DNA from: Saccharolobus solfataricus
GTDB taxonomy: Archaea > Thermoproteota > Thermoprotei_A > Sulfolobales > Sulfolobaceae
Assembly: GCF_900079115.1 (NCBI RefSeq)
Contig: NZ_LT549890.1
Coordinates: 270,001-302,000 of the forward strand
DNA: 32,000 nucleotides
Reading direction: 5' to 3'
Under the pieces are notes generated by a model that saw only the letters and a program-made list of their open reading frames with translations, was not told where the DNA came from and did not search any database. Every line of letters begins with the position of its first letter. Position 1 is the first letter of the stretch. Below, one piece after another: positions 18,097 through 28,765 of this stretch. A program made the position numbers and the translations under genes.

Positions 18097-20463
18097 TTAT
18101 CCCCAGTAAGGACTAGAGGTGGAAGTTGTTGTAGTAGAAGTTGAGGATGACGAGGTCATTGGTGTGCTAGATGAAGAAGAAATTTCTGGTGCCGTCAGTA
18201 TCCATGGTACTGGTTTAAAGAATGTTAAGTTTATTACTATACCATTTCCAACTATTATCGGATCCTTAAATATATAGCCTTTTGCTCCCCATGTCCACAT
18301 TGACACGTTTTGACTTGGCGTTAATATTACAGTTATAAATGGATTAGCAAGACCGGTAATTGAGTTCACTGATGAGTAACTAAATGTGACATTTCCGTTT
18401 ATTGCATAGGCGAAAGCTAGTATTGGGACTTGTCCATTCGGTGCATTCCCTGCATTTGCAGGATTATAAAACACTATTGAGAAGTTAAATACACTCAGAT
18501 TTCCACTAGGTGTAACTATTTTAGTGTTTGGCTGTATTGTGACAATCATATTGCCAGCTACTGCTACCCCTCCTTGGGTACCATTTATTTCGTAACTATA
18601 CACATTTACTGGAGTCAGACCATATACGCTACTTACACTTACTTGTACTGGTTTGGGTGTTTGGGCAACTGGCGTTTCTGATGACTCGAATATCCATATA
18701 ACTGGCTTGAAGAACTGTACATTAACCATTACTCCATTACCATATAACCAATGGTCCACAAACTTGTAGCTTCCACCTATGTATGCAGTTCCATTAAATG
18801 TTCCACCAAACCAAGTCCAAGAGGTCCAAGTATTTGGAGCCCATACAACTGTTATTGGTGGTTGAGCTATAACTTTTCCATTGCTCATAGTTACTAACGA
18901 AATAGCTGGCGTTATCTGGTTGTTTACAGCGAATGCAAACGCATATAATGGCGTTAGGTTAGGTGCAGTCGGTGGTGAATATATGGCTTCAAGGCTAAAG
19001 GTTACTAATGAGAAATTGTATACAGATAACATTGTACCATTCGCTAATTCCGCATAGGTATCTGGTTTTACTATAACCATTACATTGCCAACTTGTAATG
19101 TATATCCTTGACCGCTACTGGCATTTATAGTTACTGTATCTATCCCACTAACCTTCATTATTGGTTCATTGAGATTATAGTAAACCGTATCTGATAATGC
19201 ATTGACTTCTGTTGAGTTCCAAATTTCCTTAGTTATTTGCCAGCTTGCAGTAGTGATATTATAAACGAAATATGCGGTTATTGCAACATGAATATCATAT
19301 ATCATTGGGAAATTAGGTTGACCTTGATTTACGAATCCAAAAAATACAGTATCGTTGGCTATGACTTCGGCTGTAGCATTCGATGGAGATAGATACACTT
19401 TAACTATTGGTGGTACAGCTGTCCCATTGGGTAATAGATTTTGGACATATGTTAAGGCAAAGATAAAGTATTGATCCCAAGTGTTGAAAACGTTTGTTAT
19501 ACTAGAAACTCCAGTATAAGTTCCCGCTTTAAATACCGGAGGTAATTGTCCAATTAACACTAATTGTGCATTTGGAGCAAAATTTTGTGCTATTGTACTG
19601 CCTGGAAATTCTGCTCCTAATGCGTTCATCTGTGACAAGAATTCATCAAGCACTTGATTTGCTTGTATTAAGTGTTGAGATGGATATCCTGTAATTACAG
19701 CTGATGGAGGTACCTCGTTTCCTTTCCATATTAATTCAGTAATTTCCGGAACTCCGTGAATGTATTGTACTATTATAGTATTGCTAGCATTAAATACTTG
19801 TAAATATACTGGATCAGCGGTAGGTGCTACAAAGTATTGTACAACGTCAGTTACATTGAACGTATTTCCATTAATTTGTGTTACAGTAGGTAATGCTGTG
19901 GTGTAGAAGTATACTGTCTCATAAGTTCCGAAGAAGTTAGCTAGCCAAGTTGTATTAAATGTGGTTAAGTTATATGTTCCGGCAAATGGCTGTCCCATTA
20001 TATACGCAGTAAAGTTAGATGCTAACAAAGGAACAACATCTGAGGGAGATTCTATCGCTATGCCGTCATAGAACTGTAATACTGCAGATAGAGCTGCGCC
20101 AGGTTTATATCCCGAAACGTTTAATTTGCTTATTTGCTGTAACATCTGTTCATATAAGGTCTTATAATAAGTATAGTTTGTTTCCGCTTGCCTGTATAAG
20201 GTGTAATTATTCTTAGCTTCTGTTAATACTGCATTATACATGCCTTCTAGTAGTTTGTATTGGGAAGCTAGTTGTGAATATGTTTGATTTAATTTAGTAT
20301 AATTTCCTTGCAATGCCATGTATTGACTATCTACACTCTGATACTCATTATATGCGCTAGTGTATCTCGAGTTTGCTACTGAATATTCATAAAAACCTAT
20401 AGCTGCTATTACAATTAAAACTACTGCTACTATAGAGAATGCAATAGTTTTCATGTCTGCCAT
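18097..20463 (-). CDS. N-terminally anchored, sequon-rich cell-surface protein (coiled-coil stalk, beta-rich body, tandem duplicated domain, Ser/Thr tail)
   Basis: The track starts at TTG 20511. ATG 20463 (MADMKTIAF...) precedes a single TM helix (IAFSIVAVVLIVIAAIGFY). I count 26 N-x-S/T sequons by hand. The C-terminus is SSSSSTPMTSSSSTSTTTTSTSSPYWG. I recognise no enzymatic motif. Confidence 0.7.
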   Translation of the reverse strand: MADMKTIAFSIVAVVLIVIAAIGFYEYSVANSRYTSAYNEYQSVDSQYMALQGNYTKLNQTYSQLASQYKLLEGMYNAVLTEAKNNYTLYRQAETNYTYYKTLYEQMLQQISKLNVSGYKPGAALSAVLQFYDGIAIESPSDVVPLLASNFTAYIMGQPFAGTYNLTTFNTTWLANFFGTYETVYFYTTALPTVTQINGNTFNVTDVVQYFVAPTADPVYLQVFNASNTIIVQYIHGVPEITELIWKGNEVPPSAVITGYPSQHLIQANQVLDEFLSQMNALGAEFPGSTIAQNFAPNAQLVLIGQLPPVFKAGTYTGVSSITNVFNTWDQYFIFALTYVQNLLPNGTAVPPIVKVYLSPSNATAEVIANDTVFFGFVNQGQPNFPMIYDIHVAITAYFVYNITTASWQITKEIWNSTEVNALSDTVYYNLNEPIMKVSGIDTVTINASSGQGYTLQVGNVMVIVKPDTYAELANGTMLSVYNFSLVTFSLEAIYSPPTAPNLTPLYAFAFAVNNQITPAISLVTMSNGKVIAQPPITVVWAPNTWTSWTWFGGTFNGTAYIGGSYKFVDHWLYGNGVMVNVQFFKPVIWIFESSETPVAQTPKPVQVSVSSVYGLTPVNVYSYEINGTQGGVAVAGNMIVTIQPNTKIVTPSGNLSVFNFSIVFYNPANAGNAPNGQVPILAFAYAINGNVTFSYSSVNSITGLANPFITVILTPSQNVSMWTWGAKGYIFKDPIIVGNGIVINLTFFKPVPWILTAPEISSSSSTPMTSSSSTSTTTTSTSSPYWG
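18181..19158 (-). repeat. Protein-level tandem duplication (about 170 aa plus 156 aa) inside the surface-protein gene
   Basis: Copy 1 covers residues ~452-621 (18649..19158) and copy 2 residues ~622-777 (18181..18648). They align block by block: GYTLQVGNVMVIVKPDT..NGTMLSVYNFSLV / GGVAVAGNMIVTIQPNT..SGNLSVFNFSIV; PLYAFAFAVNN / PILAFAYAING; ITVVWAPNTWTSWTW / ITVILTPSQNVSMWTW; GNGVMVNVQFFKPVIWI / GNGIVINLTFFKPVPWI. Confidence 0.7.
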
Positions 20464-20557
20464 TTTGGATCGAGAAGAAAGTTGAAACTTATTTAAAAAG
20501 TTTTTACCCAAATCTAGTTACTTGCATTTAAAATAAAATTCTTAATTACGGTTAGAT

Positions 20558-21610
20558 CTAGGCTGTAATCTTAAGATTTTTGTATACTATTGCTCCAAGT
20601 GAAATTGAGGATATTAGAGTTAATATTGCTGAGTTTATTTCTATATCTCCAATACTAACTAAAGAAGGTATTAGAAATCCACTTAATGAGGCTAGGTTCA
20701 TACTAGGCCCTATTTTTGTTACTTCAACTTTCATTAATTTAATTATAATAGGCAACAATGAATTAAGACCCAATCCCAGTACTGTAAAAGGTATGAACAT
20801 CCATGCTTTAAGCGTAATAAATGATGTAAATCCCAAAATTCCGATCATCAGAGAAGTCAGTAATGATGAAATTCTAATGTTTCCGATACTTGGTAGAATT
20901 ATATACGCTATAAATGAAATAGAATACGCGATTATCGTTTCTTCTATTGCATTATTCTCTCCTAATAGGGAAGGAATTAGCTGTAATATATATGCTGGCT
21001 CAAATCCTAGTAAAAATATTAACAATGCTTTCCACGAGAACGCTATACTTATACTTCCAGAATTAGAGAATAATTTCTTATCAATATTAGATCTCTTGAT
21101 TAGCAAGAAAAATACTAATGAAAAAGAGCTTGTTATAAGTACCATTTTTCCCATTAGAAATGACATGAGTGCGGATAGTATCCATCCTAATGCCCATCCA
21201 CCCATTGTCATTCCCATAATTATTTTGCTCCTACTCTGAGTTGCAAGTTCTACTGCTGCTGATGTAGCCAGGCCGAATAGAATTCCAGTTGCAACTCTTA
21301 ATAGAATTAGTGCAAGGGTGTCTGTTCCCATAAAGAATTCTAATATATCCAAAATAGCCATATTTCCTAATGAGAGATAAGTTATTCTCTCAATATTTAT
21401 TCTTGACATCAGAAAAGGATATGTTATTGGAGTTATCGCTCTTCCTATAAATGGGGCACCTATTAATAAAAACTCCACTAAGCCCGTATAATCTGTATAT
21501 TGTAGATAAAAAATGAAATTAGTAAGGAAGTAGGAAGATAATGTAAAGCTTAATACTGGTAGTATGGTGGTTTTCCTTAGTGGTATTTTTATTCCTAACA
21601 TTTCAATCAA
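20558..21610 (-). CDS. Multi-pass membrane protein, MFS-like permease
   Basis: About 350 aa and almost entirely hydrophobic helices. ATGILFGLATSAAVELATQ followed by GMTMGGWALGWILSAL resembles MFS TM4/TM5. The start is TTG 21610 or ATG 21601. The substrate is unknown. Confidence 0.55.
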   Translation of the reverse strand: MIEMLGIKIPLRKTTILPVLSFTLSSYFLTNFIFYLQYTDYTGLVEFLLIGAPFIGRAITPITYPFLMSRINIERITYLSLGNMAILDILEFFMGTDTLALILLRVATGILFGLATSAAVELATQSRSKIIMGMTMGGWALGWILSALMSFLMGKMVLITSSFSLVFFLLIKRSNIDKKLFSNSGSISIAFSWKALLIFLLGFEPAYILQLIPSLLGENNAIEETIIAYSISFIAYIILPSIGNIRISSLLTSLMIGILGFTSFITLKAWMFIPFTVLGLGLNSLLPIIIKLMKVEVTKIGPSMNLASLSGFLIPSLVSIGDIEINSAILTLISSISLGAIVYKNLKITA

Positions 21611-21857
21611 GATATATACTTTTCAGTTCAAATTTAAAATTAAGTACCATGTAAGTATAGTCTACTTATACATTTCAGTATCAGTAATTATTATAATTAC
21701 AGTTTTATGTATTTTTCACATATCACTAGAGTTCGATATTGCTAAATAAAAGATTCGTACTATATTATGGAGATTTTCACAGCAGAAAGTAATAAGCTCT
21801 GGCTTCCTTCACCTTAAAAGGTTAAGGTTTCAGTTTTAAACACATTATGAGAATGTG

Positions 21858-21945
21858 CGGACCCGGCGGGATTCGAACCCGCGACCACCGGCTTTCTTCC
21901 GAAAGTTAGGAGGCCGGCGCTCCATCCTGGCTGAGCTACGGGTCC
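21858..21945 (-). tRNA. tRNA-Arg (anticodon CCU) with a 13-nt intron in the anticodon loop; no encoded CCA
   Basis: The hand-folded cloverleaf is: acceptor GGACCCG/CGGGUCC; D stem GCUC/GAGC; anticodon stem CCGGC/GCCGG; loop CU-CCU-A[intron ACUUUCGGAAGAA, 21894..21906]A; variable UGGUC; T arm GCGGG-UUCGAAU-CCCGC; discriminator G. Confidence 0.92.
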
Positions 21946-21969
21946 AATTATTAGATTACTATAATCCCA

Positions 21970-22611
21970 TTAAAGTTTTTCTTCAAGATTAGCAATCCAA
22001 GGTCCCTTAAGTATCTTAAACGTGCTTTCGAAAAATATCGTGTTTAAGATAGTAGAAATTTTTTGTGATTTGAACAGAATTACGAAATCGTTACTATAAA
22101 CAGCTTTATTTGAAATTATTATCTCTTTATCAGCCTTGTTAACAGTTCTTATTTCTATTCCTTTTTTCCTTAATTTACTTGTTATTTCGCCACTTTTACT
22201 TAACTGTTTATCAAGTATTATTTCACATTTTATTCTATATTTCTCACAATATTCAGAAATTAGTATCAATGTATCGGATATTATCTCACTAGATTTGTGT
22301 CTTCCTAAACCTAGATCTCTAAGGAATCCATCATCACATAGATATAACTCGTCATTATTTATCGCAGAAATTAGTGTTAAAGCTAAATTATATCCGTCCA
22401 ATACAACTTCTCTTTCTTCGTTGTTTATTTTTCCTTTAATTATTTCTATTTCCTTATCGGAATGTACGCAGCGATATAATAAGAGTCGTTCTAAGCTAGA
22501 TAAGTTGTATTTAGCAGCTATTATATCAAGGACAACCTTTCTAGAATAGTCTCTATTTAAAAAATATTTATAATCCAAATAAGCCTCCCTAAAAACATCT
22601 GTGAAATACAT
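21970..22611 (-). CDS. Conserved archaeal hypothetical protein, DUF434-like N-terminus with a possible PIN/NYN-like C-terminal domain
   Basis: 213 aa. The N-terminus (YLDYKYFLNRDYSRKVVLDIIAAKYNLSSLERLLLYRCV) resembles the DUF434 pattern as I remember it. The C-terminal half starts with VVLDGYNLALTL and ends with an alternating beta/alpha pattern, suggestive of a small nuclease-like fold. This is inference, not a motif match. Confidence 0.4.
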   Translation of the reverse strand: MYFTDVFREAYLDYKYFLNRDYSRKVVLDIIAAKYNLSSLERLLLYRCVHSDKEIEIIKGKINNEEREVVLDGYNLALTLISAINNDELYLCDDGFLRDLGLGRHKSSEIISDTLILISEYCEKYRIKCEIILDKQLSKSGEITSKLRKKGIEIRTVNKADKEIIISNKAVYSNDFVILFKSQKISTILNTIFFESTFKILKGPWIANLEEKL

Positions 22612-22620
22612 AATATTCTC

Positions 22621-25323
22621 TTATAGCGATTTTCTTACTATATCTATTATTTCTTCTTTACTCTTTTTACTACTTAGAATTACGTTTGCAAATGTACCTT
22701 TTCCTCCTCCTTTTCCTCCTCCCTTTAGTAATTCTTCTACTATCTTATCTACTCTCATATTTTTAGACGTGGCAATTTGTAATCTATTATCAGAGATGGA
22801 TATTGCAATAGTATTATCTGTGGAAGTTAATTTTCTTAGTATCTCCTTGTTTTCCTCCTCGTCATTTAATCCCTCTATGATATATATTTTATTACCGTTA
22901 ATTTCGTAAGGCTTCAGACTATTTAGCAATTCAGTTTCAACTATTCTTCTATATTGGATTATTAAATTATTTTTTTTCTCAACTTCATTAAGTATTCTTC
23001 TCAATCTGCTAGGTAGTTGATCTGGAGAAGTACCTATTATTTTCGAAGCTTCAGCAATTTTTGCTTCAGTTTCCCTAATATAGTCAACTAACGCTGGTCC
23101 CGCAACATATTCAAGTCTTATTATACCATCTTGTATTCTCTCCACGTTAATTATTTTCACGGCTCCTATCTCACTAGTATTACTTACATGAGTTCCTCCA
23201 CAACTCTCTATATCCCAGTCCTTTATCTCCAATAATCTGATTGTTGCAGAATTAGGTACTCCACCCTCATATATCGATACTCCATATTTCATTTCAGCTT
23301 CCATTCTGTTCATTTCTAAAGGTTTAACTGGTCTTCTATCTGATATTACACTATTTGCGTAATTCTCTATTAGCTTAACTTCTTCCTCAGTTAAAGCTTT
23401 ATGATGAGTAATATCTAGTCTTCCCTTTTCTGGCGTTTTTTCAGCTCCAGCTTGCCATATATGGTCACCTAATACTTTTTTAGCGGCTGCAAGTATTACG
23501 TGTGTTACTGTGTGATGTCTCATTAAACGATACCTTCTTTCCCAATTAATTTCCCCTCTTACATTATCTCCAACCTTTATTGTTGATGGCTCCTCCTTTA
23601 GTACATGTATTATCACATCGTTTACTTTCTGCGTATCTACAACTTCATATCTTTTACTACTTTTTTCATCAATTATGAGGCCAGTATCACCTAATTGGCC
23701 TCCTCCCTCTGGATAAAATGTGGTCTTATCTAAAATCAAGTAGTTCTTATAGATTCCCAACACTTTTCCTTCAAAAGATCTCATATACTGGTCTTTATAG
23801 TATAATTTTTCAGTTGGTTGTAGTGTAGTAATATATTCTAATAAATCCTTGGGCAACTTAACCTTATCATATACGTTTTTGATTGTTGAGGTTTGGTGTC
23901 TCTTAGCTACTAATGCGTAAAAGTTACGCGGTAGTTCAAATTTTACTCTCTTTTTCTTTAGTTCCTCTTCTAGTAGATCCGGGGGAACGCCATTAGAATC
24001 GTAAACTTGTATTAAGTCTTCTGTTGTAATTTCGCTCTTTCTAGCTAAAGTTGAGGCTATAGATGGAACTTTTTCCAAAATCTTCTCAAATCTCTGTTGT
24101 TCTAGTTCCACTGCGTCTAATATGTAATCTTTATTCTTTAATACTTGCGGAAAATCTTCTTTCCAGAAGCCTATTTGCTCTTTTACTAGTTCATACAGTC
24201 TTACATCCGATTTGAGTAATCTTAGTACTTTTAAGGCTCTTCTTATAACGAGTCTGCCAAGATATCCTTCACCAGAGTTGGAAGGAACTAGACCATCAGC
24301 TAGCATTAGCATTATTGTTTTCGTATGGTCTAAGATCTGAAATACCTTAGCTGCCCTATCTAATTCTTCTTCAACATTCTTGATATCAATTCCTAATTCC
24401 TTGCTAACCATTTGTCTATGAATTTTTATAGTATCTGGGTTATCTGGGTCTATCTTACCAGCAAATCTAGATGCTACTTTTAGTAGTGTCTCATCTATGT
24501 AAGCTACTCCTATTTTGTCAAAGAATTTGTATACTAAATTACCATATATCGCATGAAATGCAGAGGGAGTCTTTTGTGTTACCCATGCAATCCTTTCCAC
24601 ACCATACCCGGTATCTACAATTTTTAATTTCAGTGGAATGTAATCACCATTATCAGTTATCTTATATTGCATAAATACTAATGTTGCTAACTCTAATCCA
24701 CCTACTGTAACTTCTAGGCAAGGTCCGGCGTTTCCTCCTCCTTCCCACCACGACTCTTTGAAGTTTAATTCCTCTTCTGGTATTCCTAACTCCTTTGTGA
24801 AGAATTCTGTGGCATATGCTGTCGTTTCGTCCTTCCAATACACATAACGATCTGGATAGTTGAAGGCATGATGTGCGGCCATTTCGAACGTAGTTAAATG
24901 CCTTCCAAACGTTACTCCCACATTATCTATATCTTCTAATCTTATTGAAGGTTGTGAAACCACTAGGGGATTTGCGGGTGGAGGAACTAAGCCGCTAGTC
25001 ACATGGGGCTGAAAGTCAACAATGCTCGCTATTGTTAAGTATAAGTCCTCTCTCCATCTAGCCAAAACTGGTTTAGGAGGTATCCTTGTATGTCCTCTCT
25101 TCTCAAAGAATGAAAGGAATTTCTCCCTGGCTTCCTTAACTGTTAATGGTTGGCTTTTTATATTTATGTCAAAAAAATAATAATCAGTACAAGGTATATC
25201 TGAACAATATTCTTTTTTATCGTCCTTGGTCCAAAATGGTGTTTGGCATGATTTGCATATTTTTCGCTTAAAATCATTTTTGATAAAAAAATTTAGTTTG
25301 TACTCCTCTTCACTAGCTTTCAT
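22621..25323 (-). CDS. alaS: Alanyl-tRNA synthetase
   Basis: 900 aa. It has an archaeal-type N-terminus and the editing-domain HxxxH...CGGTH motifs ([26 protein letters not shown]). The C-terminal DHHA1-like end has GGGKGGGKG. Confidence 0.97.
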
Positions 25324-25526
25324 ACAATAAAAAGAAAAGTATCTAAAGCTTAAAAACTGACTCCTCTCGTAATTTAGATTCTAAAACAAATAGCCATTAA
25401 GATTTCATTTAAGATTTCCATGAGGAAGGGACTAATCCATAAATTAAATTCTGTATTATAAAAACAAATTTAAAATGTGACTATTTCTCGGAAAAAGTGT
25501 TACTTTTATTATCCTTTGTAAGAATT

Positions 25527-25847
<321 letters not shown>

Positions 25848-25893
25848 TCTTATTCACACTCCACATTTTTGTCTTAGGTTATATAAATTTTTA

Positions 25894-26906
<1,013 letters not shown>

Positions 26907-26910
<4 letters not shown>

Positions 26911-27563
26911 CTTAACTCTACTTTTACTACCTTACCCATAGTAGTTTTTACATATATATTCCTTACCTTTTGGGCGTACCCTTTAGATTCTATTACGTTT
27001 AGTACTGCTAGTGCGTTTTCAGCTAAGTCTGCAATTTGCTGGCTTTCAGTGCCTATAAATACTTGTGTTTGTGGTTGATCTTTCGTCTTAACTAATGTTG
27101 ATCTCTTAAATCGTAGTATATATTCTGAGATGTCTGCAGTATTTGGCAATGGAGTCGGGAATTTCCCTCTTGGACCTAAAGCTGGACCTAATATTCTACC
27201 TACTAAAGCCATTGAGTCTGGGGCTATCAGAAACCAATCATTTTGACGAGCTATTTTTTTAATTGCCCTCTTGTTCCCTTGAAGTTTTTGTAATTCTTCT
27301 TTGGTTAAAATGGTGTTAGGTTCGGCTTTCTTTGCGTACTCTAGTTGCTGAATAGTTGGGACTACTAAAACTTTCTTTGTTTTTTCCGGAGGCTTAGGCA
27401 ATACTACTATTTCTCTTAATTTTAAGTCTCCCTTTTTCATGTCTACTTCTTTAAACGTAACTATTATCTCTACGCTTTGGACAAAGTTTCTCTTAGGGTT
27501 GTTTTCGGGAGATAGTGCTAGCTTAAGAGAAGCTTCAAGATTACTTCTATCAACAATTTGCAT
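26907..27563 (-). CDS. rpl1: 50S ribosomal protein L1
   Basis: 218 aa. It has the L1 family pattern ([27 protein letters not shown]) and the conserved position between L11 and P0. Confidence 0.95.
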
Positions 27564-27564
27564 T

Positions 27565-28086
27565 TTACTCTTTCACCCCATTCCATTCATTCTCATATTT
27601 TGCTAATAAATCATCGTATTTACCTTCTTCCACTTCCTTTACTAGTTCTTTAGGGTCTCTATTATCCACTGTTAGTCCGATAGACTTAGCTGTACCTAGC
27701 ATACTTTTTAATGCAGCCTTTAACGATTTAGTAGTTAACCCCGGTTTTTTCATAATTGCTATTTTAATTACTTGTTCTAACGATAAATTACCTATCTTTT
27801 TATGTGCGGGATCTCCAGATGGTTCACTAGCACCGGCTTCCTTTAATAATAATGCAGTAGTAGTAGGTATTCCGACTTTTATCTCATATTTTTTAGTACT
27901 ACTATCGACTTCTATAGTAACTGGAACTGACATGCCTTTAAAACTACTAGTAGCCTCATTTAATTTCTTGACAACTTCTCCTACATTTAACCCTAACTGC
28001 GAAAGTGTTGGCGCTAATGGTGGTCCTGGCTTAACATTACCTCCTTCTACCATTATTTTTATTGTTTTTATGGGCACCTTATTCAC
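27565..28086 (-). CDS. rpl11: 50S ribosomal protein L11
   Basis: [26 protein letters not shown] is the L11 N-terminal signature. The GTG start forms a GTGA overlap with the spt5 stop. Confidence 0.95.
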   Translation of the reverse strand: MNKVPIKTIKIMVEGGNVKPGPPLAPTLSQLGLNVGEVVKKLNEATSSFKGMSVPVTIEVDSSTKKYEIKVGIPTTTALLLKEAGASEPSGDPAHKKIGNLSLEQVIKIAIMKKPGLTTKSLKAALKSMLGTAKSIGLTVDNRDPKELVKEVEEGKYDDLLAKYENEWNGVKE

Positions 28087-28526
28087 CTCTTTGAGACCTT
28101 AATTTGATCTAGAGGAACTGTGACTTGTAATGGAAATGCTGATTCTAAAATATTTAACACTACCTCTCCTTTAGCTTCCTCAACCCTTATCACTTGAGCT
28201 TGAGTACCCCTAAAGGGACCAGAAATTACTTCTACTACATCACCAGGTTTTACAGTAGGACCTACAGTTTTTCTAGATACAATCTTTAATATTTCATCTC
28301 TAGGTAGTAAACCTTGTGCAAGACCTCTTGCATTCCTTATCCCAGCAATTAATGGTTTAACTATATGTAAACCCTCTGCCTCTAGAACTACATATCCTTT
28401 TAAATTGGGTGGAACAATTATTGCGTATATTCCTTTAATATTATTAGTTTTTATTCTTTCTTCCAGCATTAAAGCTACATTTATTTCTTGCCCTCCAACC
28501 ACCTTTATAGCATAATAGTTTCTCAT
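28083..28526 (-). CDS. spt5: Transcription elongation factor Spt5 (NusG homologue; NGN plus KOW)
   Basis: It has [10 protein letters not shown] (NGN start) and the KOW motif [18 protein letters not shown]. The track start TTG 28556 would overlap secE. ATG 28526 lies 20 nt after the secE stop. Confidence 0.9.
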   Translation of the reverse strand: MRNYYAIKVVGGQEINVALMLEERIKTNNIKGIYAIIVPPNLKGYVVLEAEGLHIVKPLIAGIRNARGLAQGLLPRDEILKIVSRKTVGPTVKPGDVVEVISGPFRGTQAQVIRVEEAKGEVVLNILESAFPLQVTVPLDQIKVSKR

Positions 28527-28545
28527 ATTCGGTTTTTCCACAAAA

Positions 28546-28734
28546 TTACACCCCAATTAATGTCAACGCAAGTTGAATTATGTAAGCTAATACACCTACT
28601 ACGGCTAATACTAGTAAAGTAACTTTAAGGTTAAGTGAGAAAAAGTTTCTATCCGGTTTCCTCGCTACTGTAATTATTCTATTCCAATCCTCTCTAAGCC
28701 TTCTGAACCAGTTAATTATCTTATTTGAACTCAC
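28546..28734 (-). CDS. secE: Protein translocase subunit SecE (Sec61-gamma)
   Basis: 62 aa with a basic N-terminus followed by one TM helix (VTLLVLAVVGVLAYIIQLALTLIGV). It holds the conserved position immediately upstream of spt5/L11. GTG start. Confidence 0.8.
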   Translation of the reverse strand: MSSNKIINWFRRLREDWNRIITVARKPDRNFFSLNLKVTLLVLAVVGVLAYIIQLALTLIGV

Positions 28735-28765
28735 AGTAATTTATAATTGGTTTAAGGTATTTAAG

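Noticed and set aside
20580-21239. A 219-aa plus-strand ORF antisense to the MFS-like permease. Similar long antisense ORFs occur at 16894..17382, 17548..17871, 22136..22549, 22601..22909, 26229..26462, 26600..26941 and 31211..31675.
   Set aside because: For 20580..21239 and 16894..17382 I worked out the frame. Antisense codon position 1 pairs with sense codon position 2, so antisense stops can arise only opposite Tyr (TAN) or His/Gln (CAN) codons preceded by NNT/NNC. That frame stays open by construction, especially opposite hydrophobic NTN-rich genes. I assume the same explanation for the others. The translations are low-complexity, the sense-strand genes have strong family signatures, and none has its own promoter or SD.
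21858-21945. tRNA-Arg as a site of an integrated SSV-type virus or plasmid.
   Set aside because: There is no integrase fragment, no duplicated tRNA 3' segment (att repeat), and no foreign-looking genes on either side within the window.
22690-22735. A repetitive cctcctcc/ttttcc stretch that looks like a simple-sequence repeat.
   Set aside because: It is the reverse complement of the GGGKGGGKG glycine-lysine motif in the AlaRS C-terminal (DHHA1-like) domain. It is coding low-complexity sequence, not a repeat element.
25324-25526. A 203-nt gap between P1 and alaS, examined for an sRNA, small ORF or C/D box motif.
   Set aside because: It has only a T-tract after the P1 stop and a TTTTTAAG TATA-like motif ~28 nt upstream of the alaS ATG. 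There are no box motifs. The longest ORF is ~15 codons.
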